64,000 nucleotides of DNA. Origin: a virus. Lineage: Duplodnaviria > Caudoviricetes. Under the pieces are notes generated by a model. It worked only from the letters and a program-made list of their open reading frames with translations. It had not been told where the DNA came from and did no database searches. The position numbers were made by a program, and so were the translations under genes. Numbering within the stretch: the first letter of the stretch is position 1; each line of letters begins with the position of its first letter. Location: IMG/VR virus record IMGVR_UViG_2901966883_000003, one strand, 5' to 3'. Positions 11,141-21,445 of the stretch are shown in pieces.

Positions 11141-11312
11141 TTAGCTCATGAGAGATTTAAAGGATTTGTTAGATGATTTTCGTGACAATCACTACAAAAT
11201 AGTATTTCATAATCAAGATTTAGATAATGTTTCAATTTGGTCTGATTTGAACGAGTATCTTAATCTGATACAGGACTTAAATAATTACATTGATGAAAAG
11301 GAGGGATAGCCC

Positions 11313-11675
11313 ATGTACGATTGGTCTTGGAAAATCGAGCATATACTCACTGACATGATTGATGAAGTAGAGAAAAAGTACGGTAGCGAAGTAGAAATCT
11401 TCGTTATGGACTTTGATTTTAATGAGTTTGATACAGAACTTAATTATGATGACGGTGACGAGTTTCGTGCCGAAAAACTTACCAGAATATATATCGAATA
11501 TAAAGGTGAAACTGTTTATCTCGATAAAACCTACGGTAGTGTCTTTTATGAATTAGATGGACTTGTCCCTATTAGTTATATGGAAGTATTTAGTGACGCA
11601 TTGGCTATCGTAAGTAAACATTTAAACAAAATAGAAAAAGTGTTGAGGGAGAATGGTTATTATGAGCATGGTTAA
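11313..11675 (+). CDS. Hypothetical phage protein
   Basis: AAGGAGGG RBS. Confidence 0.7.
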   Translation: MYDWSWKIEHILTDMIDEVEKKYGSEVEIFVMDFDFNEFDTELNYDDGDEFRAEKLTRIYIEYKGETVYLDKTYGSVFYELDGLVPISYMEVFSDALAIVSKHLNKIEKVLRENGYYEHG

Positions 11676-12186
11676 CATGGACAACATTCCGTTAAGGGTA
11701 TTGGCAGAGGTAAGTAGTTCAATCAATAACATGGCTAAAATCGGCATGTGTGCAGCTGACGTACATGTCCCAAATCAATATTTGGTTAAGGTTGTGGAGG
11801 CTTTAAAAATTTTGGGTTACGAGGTTAAAAATCTTGGTAGTAACACTAATACAGATACGACAAAGTTATGTATTGATTTTAATGAACCACGAAATTTAAA
11901 CGGTGATTACAACTTGGATTGTGCTGTTTATATAGATACAGCCCAGAACGCAAATGCTTATGCTGAAGCCCATAAAAAGAAAAGAATATCCTTGCTACTT
12001 GTTATTATGAGAACTAAACGTATGAAGGAAAAAGGATATACATTAAAAGAACATGTAGATGATGTAATGAATATCTTACGTGAAACTGAATTATGGTACT
12101 TGGAACATTATCACAATATTTATGCACATGCTGTTGATGGTGGCGATACAGTTATTTTTGAGTTGAAAGATGGTGAAGATGAGTAG
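11653..12186 (+). CDS. Hypothetical protein, paralog family A
   Basis: Shares VNxDNIPLxxLxE, LGYxV, LDCA, TELW and DGGDTVIFE with the next ORF. Confidence 0.75.
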   Translation: MVIMSMVNMDNIPLRVLAEVSSSINNMAKIGMCAADVHVPNQYLVKVVEALKILGYEVKNLGSNTNTDTTKLCIDFNEPRNLNGDYNLDCAVYIDTAQNANAYAEAHKKKRISLLLVIMRTKRMKEKGYTLKEHVDDVMNILRETELWYLEHYHNIYAHAVDGGDTVIFELKDGEDE

Positions 12187-12708
12187 ATGAATAAAGTTAA
12201 TACAGATAACATTCCATTAACATTGCTAACTGAGATTGATGACGCAATTCATAGTAACTCTGGAATTGGTTTGTATTATTTAGATACAACCGTAGAAGAT
12301 AAATATGTAGACCAAGTCGTTAAAATCTTAGAATACTTAGGCTACGTAGTAAGAACATCTCACAACACCTATCCACGTCATACAAAATCATTGAGTATTG
12401 AATTTGGCAAGCCCACTAAAAAATATAATGAGTGTGAACTTGATTGTGCCATTGACATGACAACAGCAGATGACGCATGGGCACGTGCAACAAGCAACCA
12501 ATATACTATGGGTATTCTTGAGTCTATTGTTAGCAAAACCTATAAAGCTCACAAAAAGGGCGAAGTATTAAAAGAGCGATTAAATGATGTGAATCCTATT
12601 ATGTGGGGAACAGAACTATGGTGGCTTGAAGCCTACTATGACATTCATACTCATACCATTGATGATGGGAATACAGTTGTGTTTGAAGTTAAAGAGGTGG
12701 AAATATGA
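12187..12708 (+). CDS. Hypothetical protein, paralog family A
   Basis: Clear paralog of 11653-12186. Confidence 0.75.
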   Translation: MNKVNTDNIPLTLLTEIDDAIHSNSGIGLYYLDTTVEDKYVDQVVKILEYLGYVVRTSHNTYPRHTKSLSIEFGKPTKKYNECELDCAIDMTTADDAWARATSNQYTMGILESIVSKTYKAHKKGEVLKERLNDVNPIMWGTELWWLEAYYDIHTHTIDDGNTVVFEVKEVEI

Positions 12709-13241
12709 GCTTAGCAGACATTGAATTATCGGTAATTAATAATATTAGTAGCCAGATTGCTGATACTGCTTATATGGGGGCTTACGAAACTAGCTTTATT
12801 ATTCCAAAGACTTATTATGATGACATCTACAGCATGTTGTTACGTCTAGGATATGACGTTAGAGTTAGTGCTGGTGAAACAGAATCTACCGTAAAAATGA
12901 CAGTACGCTTTGACGCAGCTTGGATAGATTTACCATCTATATACGAAGAAGAAAATAAAAAGTTAAAGTTTTGGTTCGGTTTAATACCAGCACATAAGGC
13001 TGTTAAAATTGCAGAAGACAATCGTGATAATGCCAAGAAAGTAACAGGGGTTATAGATGAGATGATTAAAAAGGCTAAGAACCTTGAACATGGCAAGAAT
13101 GTATATGACATTGTCGTAAAAAGAGATGTAACAGAATATATGATATTAACGACACTAGAGGCACTCAAGTATCTCAAAGCTCATAACATATATGCTTATC
13201 TGGATGACGATAGAAGTGAGATTACATTTAAGTATGAATAA
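12705..13241 (+). CDS. Hypothetical protein, paralog family A (diverged)
   Basis: DIELSVI, LGYDV and HNIYAY similarity to upstream paralogs. Confidence 0.7.
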   Translation: MSLADIELSVINNISSQIADTAYMGAYETSFIIPKTYYDDIYSMLLRLGYDVRVSAGETESTVKMTVRFDAAWIDLPSIYEEENKKLKFWFGLIPAHKAVKIAEDNRDNAKKVTGVIDEMIKKAKNLEHGKNVYDIVVKRDVTEYMILTTLEALKYLKAHNIYAYLDDDRSEITFKYE

Positions 13242-13253
13242 GGAGGTGTTGGT

Positions 13254-13907
13254 ATGAGTATTTTTGATACGAAAACTCTTGATAATAGAATAGATAGAAA
13301 AAGAAAAGACATAATTATTGATAATTTGCTAGATGTGGCACTTAAACAAATTGAAGCAGCAGCAAAAATTGGGTTAAAAGAAATTGATGTTACTTATTGT
13401 AAGTTACAAAATCTGTTTGTTGATAAATCTATTGGTAGCAATCTTAGTGAAGGACTGGAATGTTATGAAAGATTTATCAAAATCTTAGTCAATGATGATA
13501 ACGACTTTGATGTTATAACACCAGAGGTTTTTAGACTTGTAAACAATGATTACGAAATTAATATCTCGTGGCGAAATGCTGATGGCTTTGGAACTACTGC
13601 AAGTAAAATGTTTAGATTGTCTGAAGATGAGTACAGTGTGGAATACTTACACATTTTTTATGAAATAGAACGTGAAATACTACGCAACATAGATGAAAAC
13701 GGTAGAGCCAAAGCCATTATTCCATATGCTCTTTTTGGTTATGAAGACTTCTTTCCTGGCGAAGATGTTAAAACGAAAATTTTGAATTATCATTCAAACG
13801 AGTCACAGGTTAAAACACACTATGTCTATAAGTATATCGAAGAGTACGAAAGGCTATTTAAAATAAGTACCACAGAAGACGGTGTGATGATTGTGTATAA
13901 GGGGTGA
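13254..13907 (+). CDS. Hypothetical phage protein
   Basis: AAGGAGGTG RBS. Confidence 0.7.
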   Translation: MSIFDTKTLDNRIDRKRKDIIIDNLLDVALKQIEAAAKIGLKEIDVTYCKLQNLFVDKSIGSNLSEGLECYERFIKILVNDDNDFDVITPEVFRLVNNDYEINISWRNADGFGTTASKMFRLSEDEYSVEYLHIFYEIEREILRNIDENGRAKAIIPYALFGYEDFFPGEDVKTKILNYHSNESQVKTHYVYKYIEEYERLFKISTTEDGVMIVYKG

Positions 13908-13915
13908 TTAATTAA

Positions 13916-14272
13916 TTGCGTGTATTCTTTCATGGTGATTACGAGAACATCACTCCAGAAGACAATAAATCAATCTACAAATTAATGGATTGGTTAAAAG
14001 AACAGCCAGAAGGCGAAGTTGCTTACAGCTTAACCGTATTGGCTAAACAAGAAGATTTAAACATTAAAACAAATCAGCAAGCTATTAATGGTATGAACGT
14101 ATTGTTAAAGAACCATGACCTAGATGAGATTGTATTCCAATGTTTGTATTTCAGACGTAAGAATAGAACATTTTGGGGCAGATTAACAAGTAGGATATAT
14201 TATTACATGTTCTTGATTAAAGCTAAGTTCTTTGACAATAGCAGTGTAATCAAAAATAGTACAAATAAATAA
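13916..14272 (+). CDS. Hypothetical phage protein
   Basis: In-operon ORF with GGGGTG RBS. Confidence 0.6.
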   Translation: MRVFFHGDYENITPEDNKSIYKLMDWLKEQPEGEVAYSLTVLAKQEDLNIKTNQQAINGMNVLLKNHDLDEIVFQCLYFRRKNRTFWGRLTSRIYYYMFLIKAKFFDNSSVIKNSTNK

Positions 14273-14292
14273 TAAGGTGGGATTTAGGGAAG

Positions 14293-15015
14293 ATAGTAAG
14301 CATTGATTTGAAGAAAGGTGACCGCCTAGAGCTTCTGGGGGTACAAGATATGTCGATTGACCTTATCTTGTGCGACCTACCTTATGGCACTACAAGAAAT
14401 AAATGGGATAAGATAATTGATTTGGACAAGTTGTGGGAACATTACAACCGTATCATCAAGGATAATGGTGCAATCGTATTATTCTCACAACAACCATTCA
14501 GTTCAAAGTTGATTGAAAGTAATCCAAAGATGTTCAGATATGAATGGATTTGGACAAAGGGTTTGGCAACAGGTCATTTGAATGCTAAGAAAATGCCACT
14601 TAAAAAGCATGAGAATATCTTAGTGTTTTACAAGAAATTACCTACTTACAACCCACAATGGTGGTATAGCACTCCATATAAAGTAAAGCAAGGACGTAGT
14701 AAATCTAGTAATTACGATAAGCAAAGACCTTATACTCCTAGCGAAAGTAAAGATGGTAGACGCTACCCAGTGGATATTATCGAATTTAAACATGATGGTA
14801 AGAAACTCCACCCAACACAAAAACCAGTTGCATTATTAGAATACCTTATCAAAACCTATACTAACGAAGGCGATACAGTTTTAGATAACTGTATGGGTTC
14901 TGGTAGCACAGGTGTTGCTTGTGCAAACACTAACCGTAATTTTATAGGAATAGAATTGAGTAGTGAGTACTATAACATTGCCAAAGATAGAATTGAAAAG
15001 GCGGTGGCGAAATAA
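14293..15015 (+). CDS. DNA N6-adenine/N4-cytosine methyltransferase (beta-class order; probable ATA start)
   Basis: DLPY catalytic motif, HPTQKP, LDNCMGSGST SAM-binding motif. Confidence 0.88.
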   Translation: MVSIDLKKGDRLELLGVQDMSIDLILCDLPYGTTRNKWDKIIDLDKLWEHYNRIIKDNGAIVLFSQQPFSSKLIESNPKMFRYEWIWTKGLATGHLNAKKMPLKKHENILVFYKKLPTYNPQWWYSTPYKVKQGRSKSSNYDKQRPYTPSESKDGRRYPVDIIEFKHDGKKLHPTQKPVALLEYLIKTYTNEGDTVLDNCMGSGSTGVACANTNRNFIGIELSSEYYNIAKDRIEKAVAK

Positions 15016-15593
15016 TGGGTATCGCTTATGTAAGAGGCATTGGAGGTAATCATAACCCTAATCGCCAAGAAGATGATTACTATGCAACACCGCCTAGAGC
15101 AATAGATGATTTACTATCTAAGATTTCACTGAATAGAAATGTTTGGGAATGTGCTTGTGGAGGTGGTGCGTTGTCAGACAAGTTAATTGAGCTTGGCTAT
15201 AACGTAACCGCTACCGATATTAAAGATAGAGGTGCTAAGAAGTTCGATAAAGCATTTGATTTCTTAAAAGAAGAAACACAACCAGTTAATTGTGATATTG
15301 TGACTAATCCACCATATAAGTTAGCCACAGAATTTGTTACTAAGGCATTAGATACAGTAACAGTAGGGAATAAAGTTTGCTATTTCCTTAAAATCCAATT
15401 CTTAGAAGGTGCTAAGAGATACGAAGAATTGTATAAACACAATGAATTAAAACACGTATTTGTCTATTCAAAACGTATCAGCACAGCTAAGAATGGTGAG
15501 TTTGATAAATACAAGTCAACAGCTATGTGCCATGCTTGGTTTGTATGGGAAAAAGGATATAAAGGTAAACCTACGATTGACTGGATTTATTAA
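15015..15593 (+). CDS. Phage DNA adenine methyltransferase-like protein
   Basis: DYYATP, WECACGGG, TNPPY. Confidence 0.8.
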   Translation: MGIAYVRGIGGNHNPNRQEDDYYATPPRAIDDLLSKISLNRNVWECACGGGALSDKLIELGYNVTATDIKDRGAKKFDKAFDFLKEETQPVNCDIVTNPPYKLATEFVTKALDTVTVGNKVCYFLKIQFLEGAKRYEELYKHNELKHVFVYSKRISTAKNGEFDKYKSTAMCHAWFVWEKGYKGKPTIDWIY

Positions 15594-15622
15594 ACAATAA
15601 GGAGAGAGTTCGTAAACTGAAA

Positions 15623-16162
15623 ATGGATAAAGTAGCTGGCAGCAAGAATGATGAGTTCTATACTCCATATTATGCTGTTAAACCAATATTAAAATATTTG
15701 AAGAAAGGTGCAACAATTTGGTGTCCTTTTGATACACAAGATAGCCAATTTGTTAAATCATTACAGATGGAGGGGTACGATGTGATAGCAACTCATATCG
15801 AAGATGGGTATGACTTCTTTGAATATGAGCCTAATAGAGATAGCTATGATTACATCGTAAGTAACCCACCATATTCGCTAAAAACAGAAGTATTAGAACG
15901 ATTATTTGAATTAGGTAAACCATTTGCAATGCTAATAGGTGTAGTGGGACTATTTGAAAGCCAAAGACGCTTTGAAATGTTTAGAGATAACGACTGGGAA
16001 ATTATGTATCTTAACCGTAGAGTTTCATTTATGAAAGACTTTACGAGTGGGAAGACTGCTTTAAACCCACCGTTTTCTAGTGTATATATCACACATGATA
16101 TTTTACCCAAACAAGTGGTATTTGAAGAAATTGATAAGAAACAAGTGTTGTTACCAGTATGA
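15623..16162 (+). CDS. Phage methyltransferase-like protein
   Basis: DEFYTP, IWCPFD, SNPPY. Confidence 0.75.
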   Translation: MDKVAGSKNDEFYTPYYAVKPILKYLKKGATIWCPFDTQDSQFVKSLQMEGYDVIATHIEDGYDFFEYEPNRDSYDYIVSNPPYSLKTEVLERLFELGKPFAMLIGVVGLFESQRRFEMFRDNDWEIMYLNRRVSFMKDFTSGKTALNPPFSSVYITHDILPKQVVFEEIDKKQVLLPV

Positions 16163-16374
16163 TGGGATTGGGAAGGTTGATTGGTTTGGATTATATTCCA
16201 TTGTATATACTGTTGATGGCTGTTGCTTTTATATTCGGTGCAATGGTCTGTTTTGTAATACAGTATGGGATTATTAAATTATTGTTAGTAATGTTAGCAA
16301 GTAGCATTGTAGGTGTTGTTGTTGGTTTGATTATAACGGTCATGGTTGTGTTATTTGATTTAATGAAAGGGTGA
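16159..16374 (+). CDS. Small membrane protein
   Basis: Two hydrophobic segments. Confidence 0.6.
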   Translation: MMGLGRLIGLDYIPLYILLMAVAFIFGAMVCFVIQYGIIKLLLVMLASSIVGVVVGLIITVMVVLFDLMKG

Positions 16375-16577
16375 GTAGTTTGGAAGACTTTTTCTCAAAC
16401 ATATTGATAGGACTAATAGTTGTTTGTTTATTAACCCTAATTTATCTCTTTGTATATGCTGCAATACAGTTTGGGATTGCCAGCATATTGTTTGTGCTAT
16501 TAACGAGCATTATTTTCATCGCTATTACCGCCTTAATTGGTGCAATCGCAAATAAGGTGTTTGATATATTTGACTGA
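16371..16577 (+). CDS. Small membrane protein (paralog of previous)
   Basis: Two hydrophobic segments; shared IQ(Y/F)GI. Confidence 0.6.
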   Translation: MSSLEDFFSNILIGLIVVCLLTLIYLFVYAAIQFGIASILFVLLTSIIFIAITALIGAIANKVFDIFD

Positions 16578-16700
16578 GGTGGCTAGATGAGTTTCGGTGT
16601 AAAGGTTGCAAAAGTTGAAATAAATGAAAAGAAAAATATAACTTATCAAGGCGATAAATGGTTGTATGTTGGCACAATAGCAAGTCAAAACGGGTGCGAT

Positions 16701-16840
16701 AATTAGTGAATATTATATATTTAGCATAATGGCGGTATTTCCAGTCATTATAACTAGGTTCGGAGCGTGTACTATGAGTATAGTATACGTAATGTAATCA
16801 CGTGATGTGATTCCTGTGATTTTAATCACAGGTAGTTCAA
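16701..16840 (+). mobile_element. Non-autonomous IS200/IS605 derivative / orphan omega-RNA end (copy 2)
   Basis: 16753-16840 matches 1-88 (1 mismatch) and ends in hairpin + TCAA; no tnpB adjacent; left boundary tentative. Confidence 0.6.
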
Positions 16841-16876
16841 CCTTTCGCAAACGCTAATAAACCAGCGACTGGCACA

Positions 16877-17248
16877 ATGACACAATTACAACTGTTAAAA
16901 GGAGGGCAAATAATGGACACTACGTCAATGACAATCAAGGAATTAATTAGAGAAGTTAAGCGACTAGACAAAGAGTTGCCACACGAAGTATGGGAAGACG
17001 CATTTAAAGGCTTTGACTCTCTTATATGGAACTTGGATGATGCTATTGATGACTGGGATAGTACTATGTGCGACTCTGAACCATACAGCAATCTTCATGA
17101 TTATTCTTATATGGCATACAAAGCTTTAGAGAAAGAAGATTATCCAAAATTAGCAAACGATGGATATGAAGAATTATACAAAGGTTATATTAGAGATTTT
17201 TTTGAAGAGGTTTTAGAAAGACTATCAGAAGTAATGGAGGACAAATAA
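16877..17248 (+). CDS. Hypothetical phage protein
   Basis: ORF; strong RBS before the internal ATG near 16913. Confidence 0.65.
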   Translation: MTQLQLLKGGQIMDTTSMTIKELIREVKRLDKELPHEVWEDAFKGFDSLIWNLDDAIDDWDSTMCDSEPYSNLHDYSYMAYKALEKEDYPKLANDGYEELYKGYIRDFFEEVLERLSEVMEDK

Positions 17249-17628
17249 TGTTTGATTTTGTAGATGAAGGTAAGCGTGAATTATATACGTTTGAAGAAAA
17301 GCACCCCAAAGTTTTTAGCTGGTTGAGTGTAGTTGTCTTCTTAGTGATTAACTCATATTTGATTTTAAACAACTATTCATGGTTCATCTTAGATAATGTA
17401 ATTTCATGGCATACATTAGGTTTGTTTGTGACTTATATTGTAATGTTATTGGCAATCAAGTTGGTTATGTATCTTATTGACAATGTGATTTGGGCATGGA
17501 GAGTAATTAAACTAGCTGCATTACGTGTTGATACAGCAAGCAAGTCTATTGAAAGTCTAAGCGATAAGATGGAAGAAATCACTAACCAAATGGAAGATGA
17601 TATGAAAGATATATTGGGTGAAAAATAG
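17248..17628 (+). CDS. Membrane protein
   Basis: Two TM-like segments; GGAGG RBS. Confidence 0.65.
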   Translation: MFDFVDEGKRELYTFEEKHPKVFSWLSVVVFLVINSYLILNNYSWFILDNVISWHTLGLFVTYIVMLLAIKLVMYLIDNVIWAWRVIKLAALRVDTASKSIESLSDKMEEITNQMEDDMKDILGEK

Positions 17629-17637
17629 GTGTAGATA

Positions 17638-17988
17638 ATGGAACGTGAATATGACAAGAAAGTAAAAGGGTGTGTAGATAATATCATGAGCGTGATAGAA
17701 GATAGTATACGCACTCTTATCAGTTTGGGTGTTGATTGTAATGATGACGAAGCATATGTAACCGTATCTGACAAGTACATTAGTGATTTTGTTGAGAATA
17801 TAACAAGTCCGATACGAAATTATGGAATGGTACACAGTATACATTTTACCCCATTAAATCGCTCCACACTTAACGAGTCAGTACAGCATAAGCTAAAAGA
17901 AACTATTGAAAATCATGAGAGTTTATATCTATCTGATGTGTATTATGTGGATAACGAAAGATATTTAGAAATAGGTTGGAGAGATTAA
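17638..17988 (+). CDS. Hypothetical phage protein
   Basis: In-operon ORF. Confidence 0.65.
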   Translation: MEREYDKKVKGCVDNIMSVIEDSIRTLISLGVDCNDDEAYVTVSDKYISDFVENITSPIRNYGMVHSIHFTPLNRSTLNESVQHKLKETIENHESLYLSDVYYVDNERYLEIGWRD

Positions 17989-17989
17989 T

Positions 17990-18271
17990 ATGGATAATAA
18001 AGAATTTGTAGAATTATGTAAAGAAAAAGTGATACATTACACAATCGCAACAATAGACAGAAGTAAAGTTGACTTACCATGTTTTATCAGTACAGATGAC
18101 GTGTATGTGGTATGGCTAAACAGAACGTTGCAAAATAACAAAGCACTACTCTCTACCACGTTTACAGACGGTATGTATTACGAAGTAACATATAATGGCG
18201 ACAAGAATGAGCTATATTTTGACGCTTACAAACACGTTGAAAATGTAGAATTTAAGTTGGGTGATAAATGA
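17990..18271 (+). CDS. DUF6275-like phage protein
   Basis: VYVVW..TLQNNKALLST...DGMYYEVTYNGDKNELYFDAYK signature. Confidence 0.7.
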   Translation: MDNKEFVELCKEKVIHYTIATIDRSKVDLPCFISTDDVYVVWLNRTLQNNKALLSTTFTDGMYYEVTYNGDKNELYFDAYKHVENVEFKLGDK

Positions 18272-18702
18272 TGTGGTTTAATAAAAAGCAAAAGCGTGTT
18301 TGTGGTGGTGATTGCTATGGTGGCAATAAAGGAGTTCTACCAGAACGAGGAAAAGACACAGCTCCCGCTCCTAAGCCACAACCAAAGACGTTGGGCAAGG
18401 AACTTTATGAAATAACCAAAAGGGCTGATGACGAAATAAGACAAGAAGCCATGAGAGAAGCCAAAGTGTTGTTTTACTCTTTACAAATAAAAGATAGATT
18501 TATAGAGGAAGCAAAGAAAGGCAACGTGATTTATGCTATTCCACTTAAAGAATTTGAAGAATTAGCGAAAAAGAATAATCTGCATAGCGATACACGTATT
18601 TTGATAGATAGTATGTGGGACGTATTAGACCCTATGGATATATATGTTAATCGTAAAATAATAGATAAAGAAGAGGTGGTGGCTTTCCAATGGCACGAAT
18701 AA
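18268..18702 (+). CDS. Hypothetical protein, paralog family B
   Basis: MWF...LGxELxEI...EAKKG...FxW pattern. Confidence 0.7.
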   Translation: MMWFNKKQKRVCGGDCYGGNKGVLPERGKDTAPAPKPQPKTLGKELYEITKRADDEIRQEAMREAKVLFYSLQIKDRFIEEAKKGNVIYAIPLKEFEELAKKNNLHSDTRILIDSMWDVLDPMDIYVNRKIIDKEEVVAFQWHE

Positions 18703-18819
18703 GTGATGAATTAAGAGAAAACCAAAAAGAAAATGATATTCCAGTATATCGCAAGACACTCTTTAAAGAAATATACAAACGTAATATAACGAATATAATA
18801 ACATTAAACTATTATCACA

Positions 18820-19716
18820 ATGGTGGGGTTTATGCTTTACTTGGGAGTAAATAACATGGGTTTAATATCATGGTATAGAGGTGTATGGTATCGGTACTTT
18901 TATGGGTGCGAAGAAGAATCCAAGACGTACGTAGATGTTAATGGGAATGAGTATGATAAGGGCAAGTATGATTTTGTGAAAGACTGGGTAGTGCGTGAAA
19001 AGGAAGTGGAACGTAAATTGGAAAATTACAAGAAGGACAAGTTAACATTCGGCGATAAGTTAAGAGAAAAGACCGAACAAAATAGAAGTAAAGTCGAAAG
19101 TGCTGAAAATAAATATATTGATGATATGTATTCAAAAATCAAAGACATGCTAATGGAGGAGGCTTCTCAAGGAAGAGATTCCAAAAGTATTACTGGAAGT
19201 GAGTTTGAAGAAATATTTGGCTTTCGCCTATTAATAGGTGGTTCGTCACCCACTTCATTTTGGGGTCGATTAAAGAAGAAATGTAATGACAATGGTTTTG
19301 ATATTGAAAACGATAGACCAGGCATATACACATTTAGTTGGGGTGTGTGTGGAGCTAAAAATAACTCAAAAGCATTTGGTGATGAATTAAGAGAAATATC
19401 CAGAGAAAGCCAAAAAGAAAAGAATGATGATTTTGACAAAATGATGGACAAAGCTCGTGAAGAAGCCGAGAGATTGTTCGATATATTAAAGAAAGAAATC
19501 GTAAAGTATGCAAAGAATGGTAATTTCTTTTACAGTATCAACACTGATAAATTAAATAAAATTATAGAAGAAAATGATATAGGTGTTAACAATCCAGAAT
19601 ATATCAAGATGTTCTTTAGAGGAATATGCGAACGTAACAATATGAATTTAATGGTGTTAGACCATTATGATGGTGATACAGATTATGTCTTCTCTTGGGG
19701 TAAATTGGTGGGGTGA
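18820..19716 (+). CDS. Hypothetical protein, family B with two tandem domains
   Basis: Two copies of FGDxLRE...A..G...YxFSWG. Confidence 0.7.
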   Translation: MVGFMLYLGVNNMGLISWYRGVWYRYFYGCEEESKTYVDVNGNEYDKGKYDFVKDWVVREKEVERKLENYKKDKLTFGDKLREKTEQNRSKVESAENKYIDDMYSKIKDMLMEEASQGRDSKSITGSEFEEIFGFRLLIGGSSPTSFWGRLKKKCNDNGFDIENDRPGIYTFSWGVCGAKNNSKAFGDELREISRESQKEKNDDFDKMMDKAREEAERLFDILKKEIVKYAKNGNFFYSINTDKLNKIIEENDIGVNNPEYIKMFFRGICERNNMNLMVLDHYDGDTDYVFSWGKLVG

Positions 19717-19722
19717 TAAGTA

Positions 19723-20157
19723 ATGTGGTTTAAGAAAGAGCAAACACAAACTAATGAGTCCAACAATGCACCAAGAAAAACACGATTGGGTGCAAAGTTG
19801 CACGACATTATGTTAGAAAAACAAAAACAAAAAGAAGAACAAGAAAAAGAGGAACGAAAAGAAAAGACAAGAGAAGCTCGACACGAAGCACCAGAAGTGT
19901 TTGAGTATTTACAAGATGAATTTGTAAAGAAAGCCAACGAAGGCATAGGTTGTTATATACTACCAGTATCTAAGTTAGAAGTGATAATGTCTGAAAATAA
20001 CTGGGGTAGCGATAAAGATTATTTGTATAAAGAATTAAAAGAAATATGTAAAGAGAATTGGATTAAACTTACACTCTCAACTGGTTTTCGTAGTGACGGA
20101 GAGGCTGAAAGTTGTTTAATCTTTAATTGGAATAGTATGTGGGACTTTTATTCATAG
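19723..20157 (+). CDS. Hypothetical protein, paralog family B
   Basis: MWFKK...LGAKL...KANEG...ELKEICK...FNW. Confidence 0.7.
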   Translation: MWFKKEQTQTNESNNAPRKTRLGAKLHDIMLEKQKQKEEQEKEERKEKTREARHEAPEVFEYLQDEFVKKANEGIGCYILPVSKLEVIMSENNWGSDKDYLYKELKEICKENWIKLTLSTGFRSDGEAESCLIFNWNSMWDFYS

Positions 20158-20166
20158 TGGAAAGGA

Positions 20167-20544
20167 ATGATAGCGATGTGGTTCTTTGGCAAACGCAACA
20201 AGAAATTGGGCGATAGATTAAATGAAATAGTAGATGAAAAGTTAGTCGAAAAACAAAAAAAGATGGATGACATACAAAATGAATGGAGAAGAAAAGCTAA
20301 AATATCAGCACAAGTTGTGTTTGATGTTGTAAGTAAAGACTTTATTAAACAAAGTAACGAAGGATTTTCTTACATAAGTTATTCATTTGAAGAGTATGCG
20401 GGTATCCTATTTGATAACGACATATTGACTCCAAATTTTGTCTTTGATGAATTAAAGAAGATTTGCAAACGTAACAAGATACACGCTTATACGATTAAGG
20501 AAGAAAATGGCTGGGACATAGCCTACTATTGTTTTGAATGGTAA
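20167..20544 (+). CDS. Hypothetical protein, paralog family B
   Basis: MWFF...LGDRL...SNEG...ELKKICK...FEW. Confidence 0.7.
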   Translation: MIAMWFFGKRNKKLGDRLNEIVDEKLVEKQKKMDDIQNEWRRKAKISAQVVFDVVSKDFIKQSNEGFSYISYSFEEYAGILFDNDILTPNFVFDELKKICKRNKIHAYTIKEENGWDIAYYCFEW

Positions 20545-20556
20545 CAGCAGAAAGGA

Positions 20557-20841
20557 ATGATTAATATCAAATACACACACATTTTAGCATACTCACCACA
20601 AGCTAATAATACATACGTTTATCATTATGTTAGCAATGATGTGGCTGATTTGTATGAAACAAAGATTAGATTAAAGAAAGAACCACAAATCAAGTATAGT
20701 GAGTTTGTATCAGACTCTACAGCTATACCAGATAATATGGTTTCTGATGACAAGGTTTATAAGTATATGAACAACCTTGAAGATTTCATCAAATTATATA
20801 ATGAGCAACAAAACGAGCTTAATAAAAACTTAGTTTTATAA
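20557..20841 (+). CDS. Hypothetical phage protein
   Basis: In-operon ORF. Confidence 0.6.
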   Translation: MINIKYTHILAYSPQANNTYVYHYVSNDVADLYETKIRLKKEPQIKYSEFVSDSTAIPDNMVSDDKVYKYMNNLEDFIKLYNEQQNELNKNLVL

Positions 20842-21007
20842 TACAAGAAACAAGAAATTATGGTAAACAAAAAACAGAAGGTCGGGTAAACCTTCTGCTC
20901 TTTAAAAGAATTTTTAACAAAAAATAAAAATTAAGAATTAAAGGGCGGTAATTTATACCCTCTAATGTTTTTAGTATACCATAACATTACAGAATAAGGA
21001 AGATGAT

Positions 21008-21313
21008 TTGATAGATAACTTTGTAGATTTTAATGATACAAGCTACCTACGTTCAATTCAAGACGAAGAGATAGAACATTTATTTACAGATATGCCAAGT
21101 GATTTTTTTGGGCTAGACTATTTTGGTGAAGACCTAAGCGAAGATATTCTCTACTATTCTGTAAATGGGGATATTGTCCCAATGGATAGATTGGACGAAT
21201 ATTGTATTGAACAATCAGTAACAATTAAAAATACCAATCCGTATGCTTGTATAGAGGCTTTAGAACATTCTGGCTATACAGTAGACGATTGGATAATAGA
21301 TGATACAGAATAA
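21008..21313 (+). CDS. Hypothetical acidic protein
   Basis: AAGGA RBS. Confidence 0.55.
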   Translation: MIDNFVDFNDTSYLRSIQDEEIEHLFTDMPSDFFGLDYFGEDLSEDILYYSVNGDIVPMDRLDEYCIEQSVTIKNTNPYACIEALEHSGYTVDDWIIDDTE

Positions 21314-21343
21314 ACCTATTAATTAAATAATTAGAAGAAAGTC

Positions 21344-21435
21344 AAAACATGTTCATTTTTTTGTGAATATGTATTGACTTTTTGTTTTTGTGTGATATTA
21401 TAATAAATGTAATTAAAAGCCTAGAGAATAAACGG
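21344..21435 (+). promoter_or_regulatory. Promoter with upstream 37-bp block and downstream 24-bp element
   Basis: TTGACT...TATTATAAT; 21344-21380 is 34/37 identical to 23831-23867; ATTAAAAGCCTAGAGAATAAACGG at 21412-21435. Confidence 0.7.
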
Positions 21436-21445
21436 AGGTGATTAT

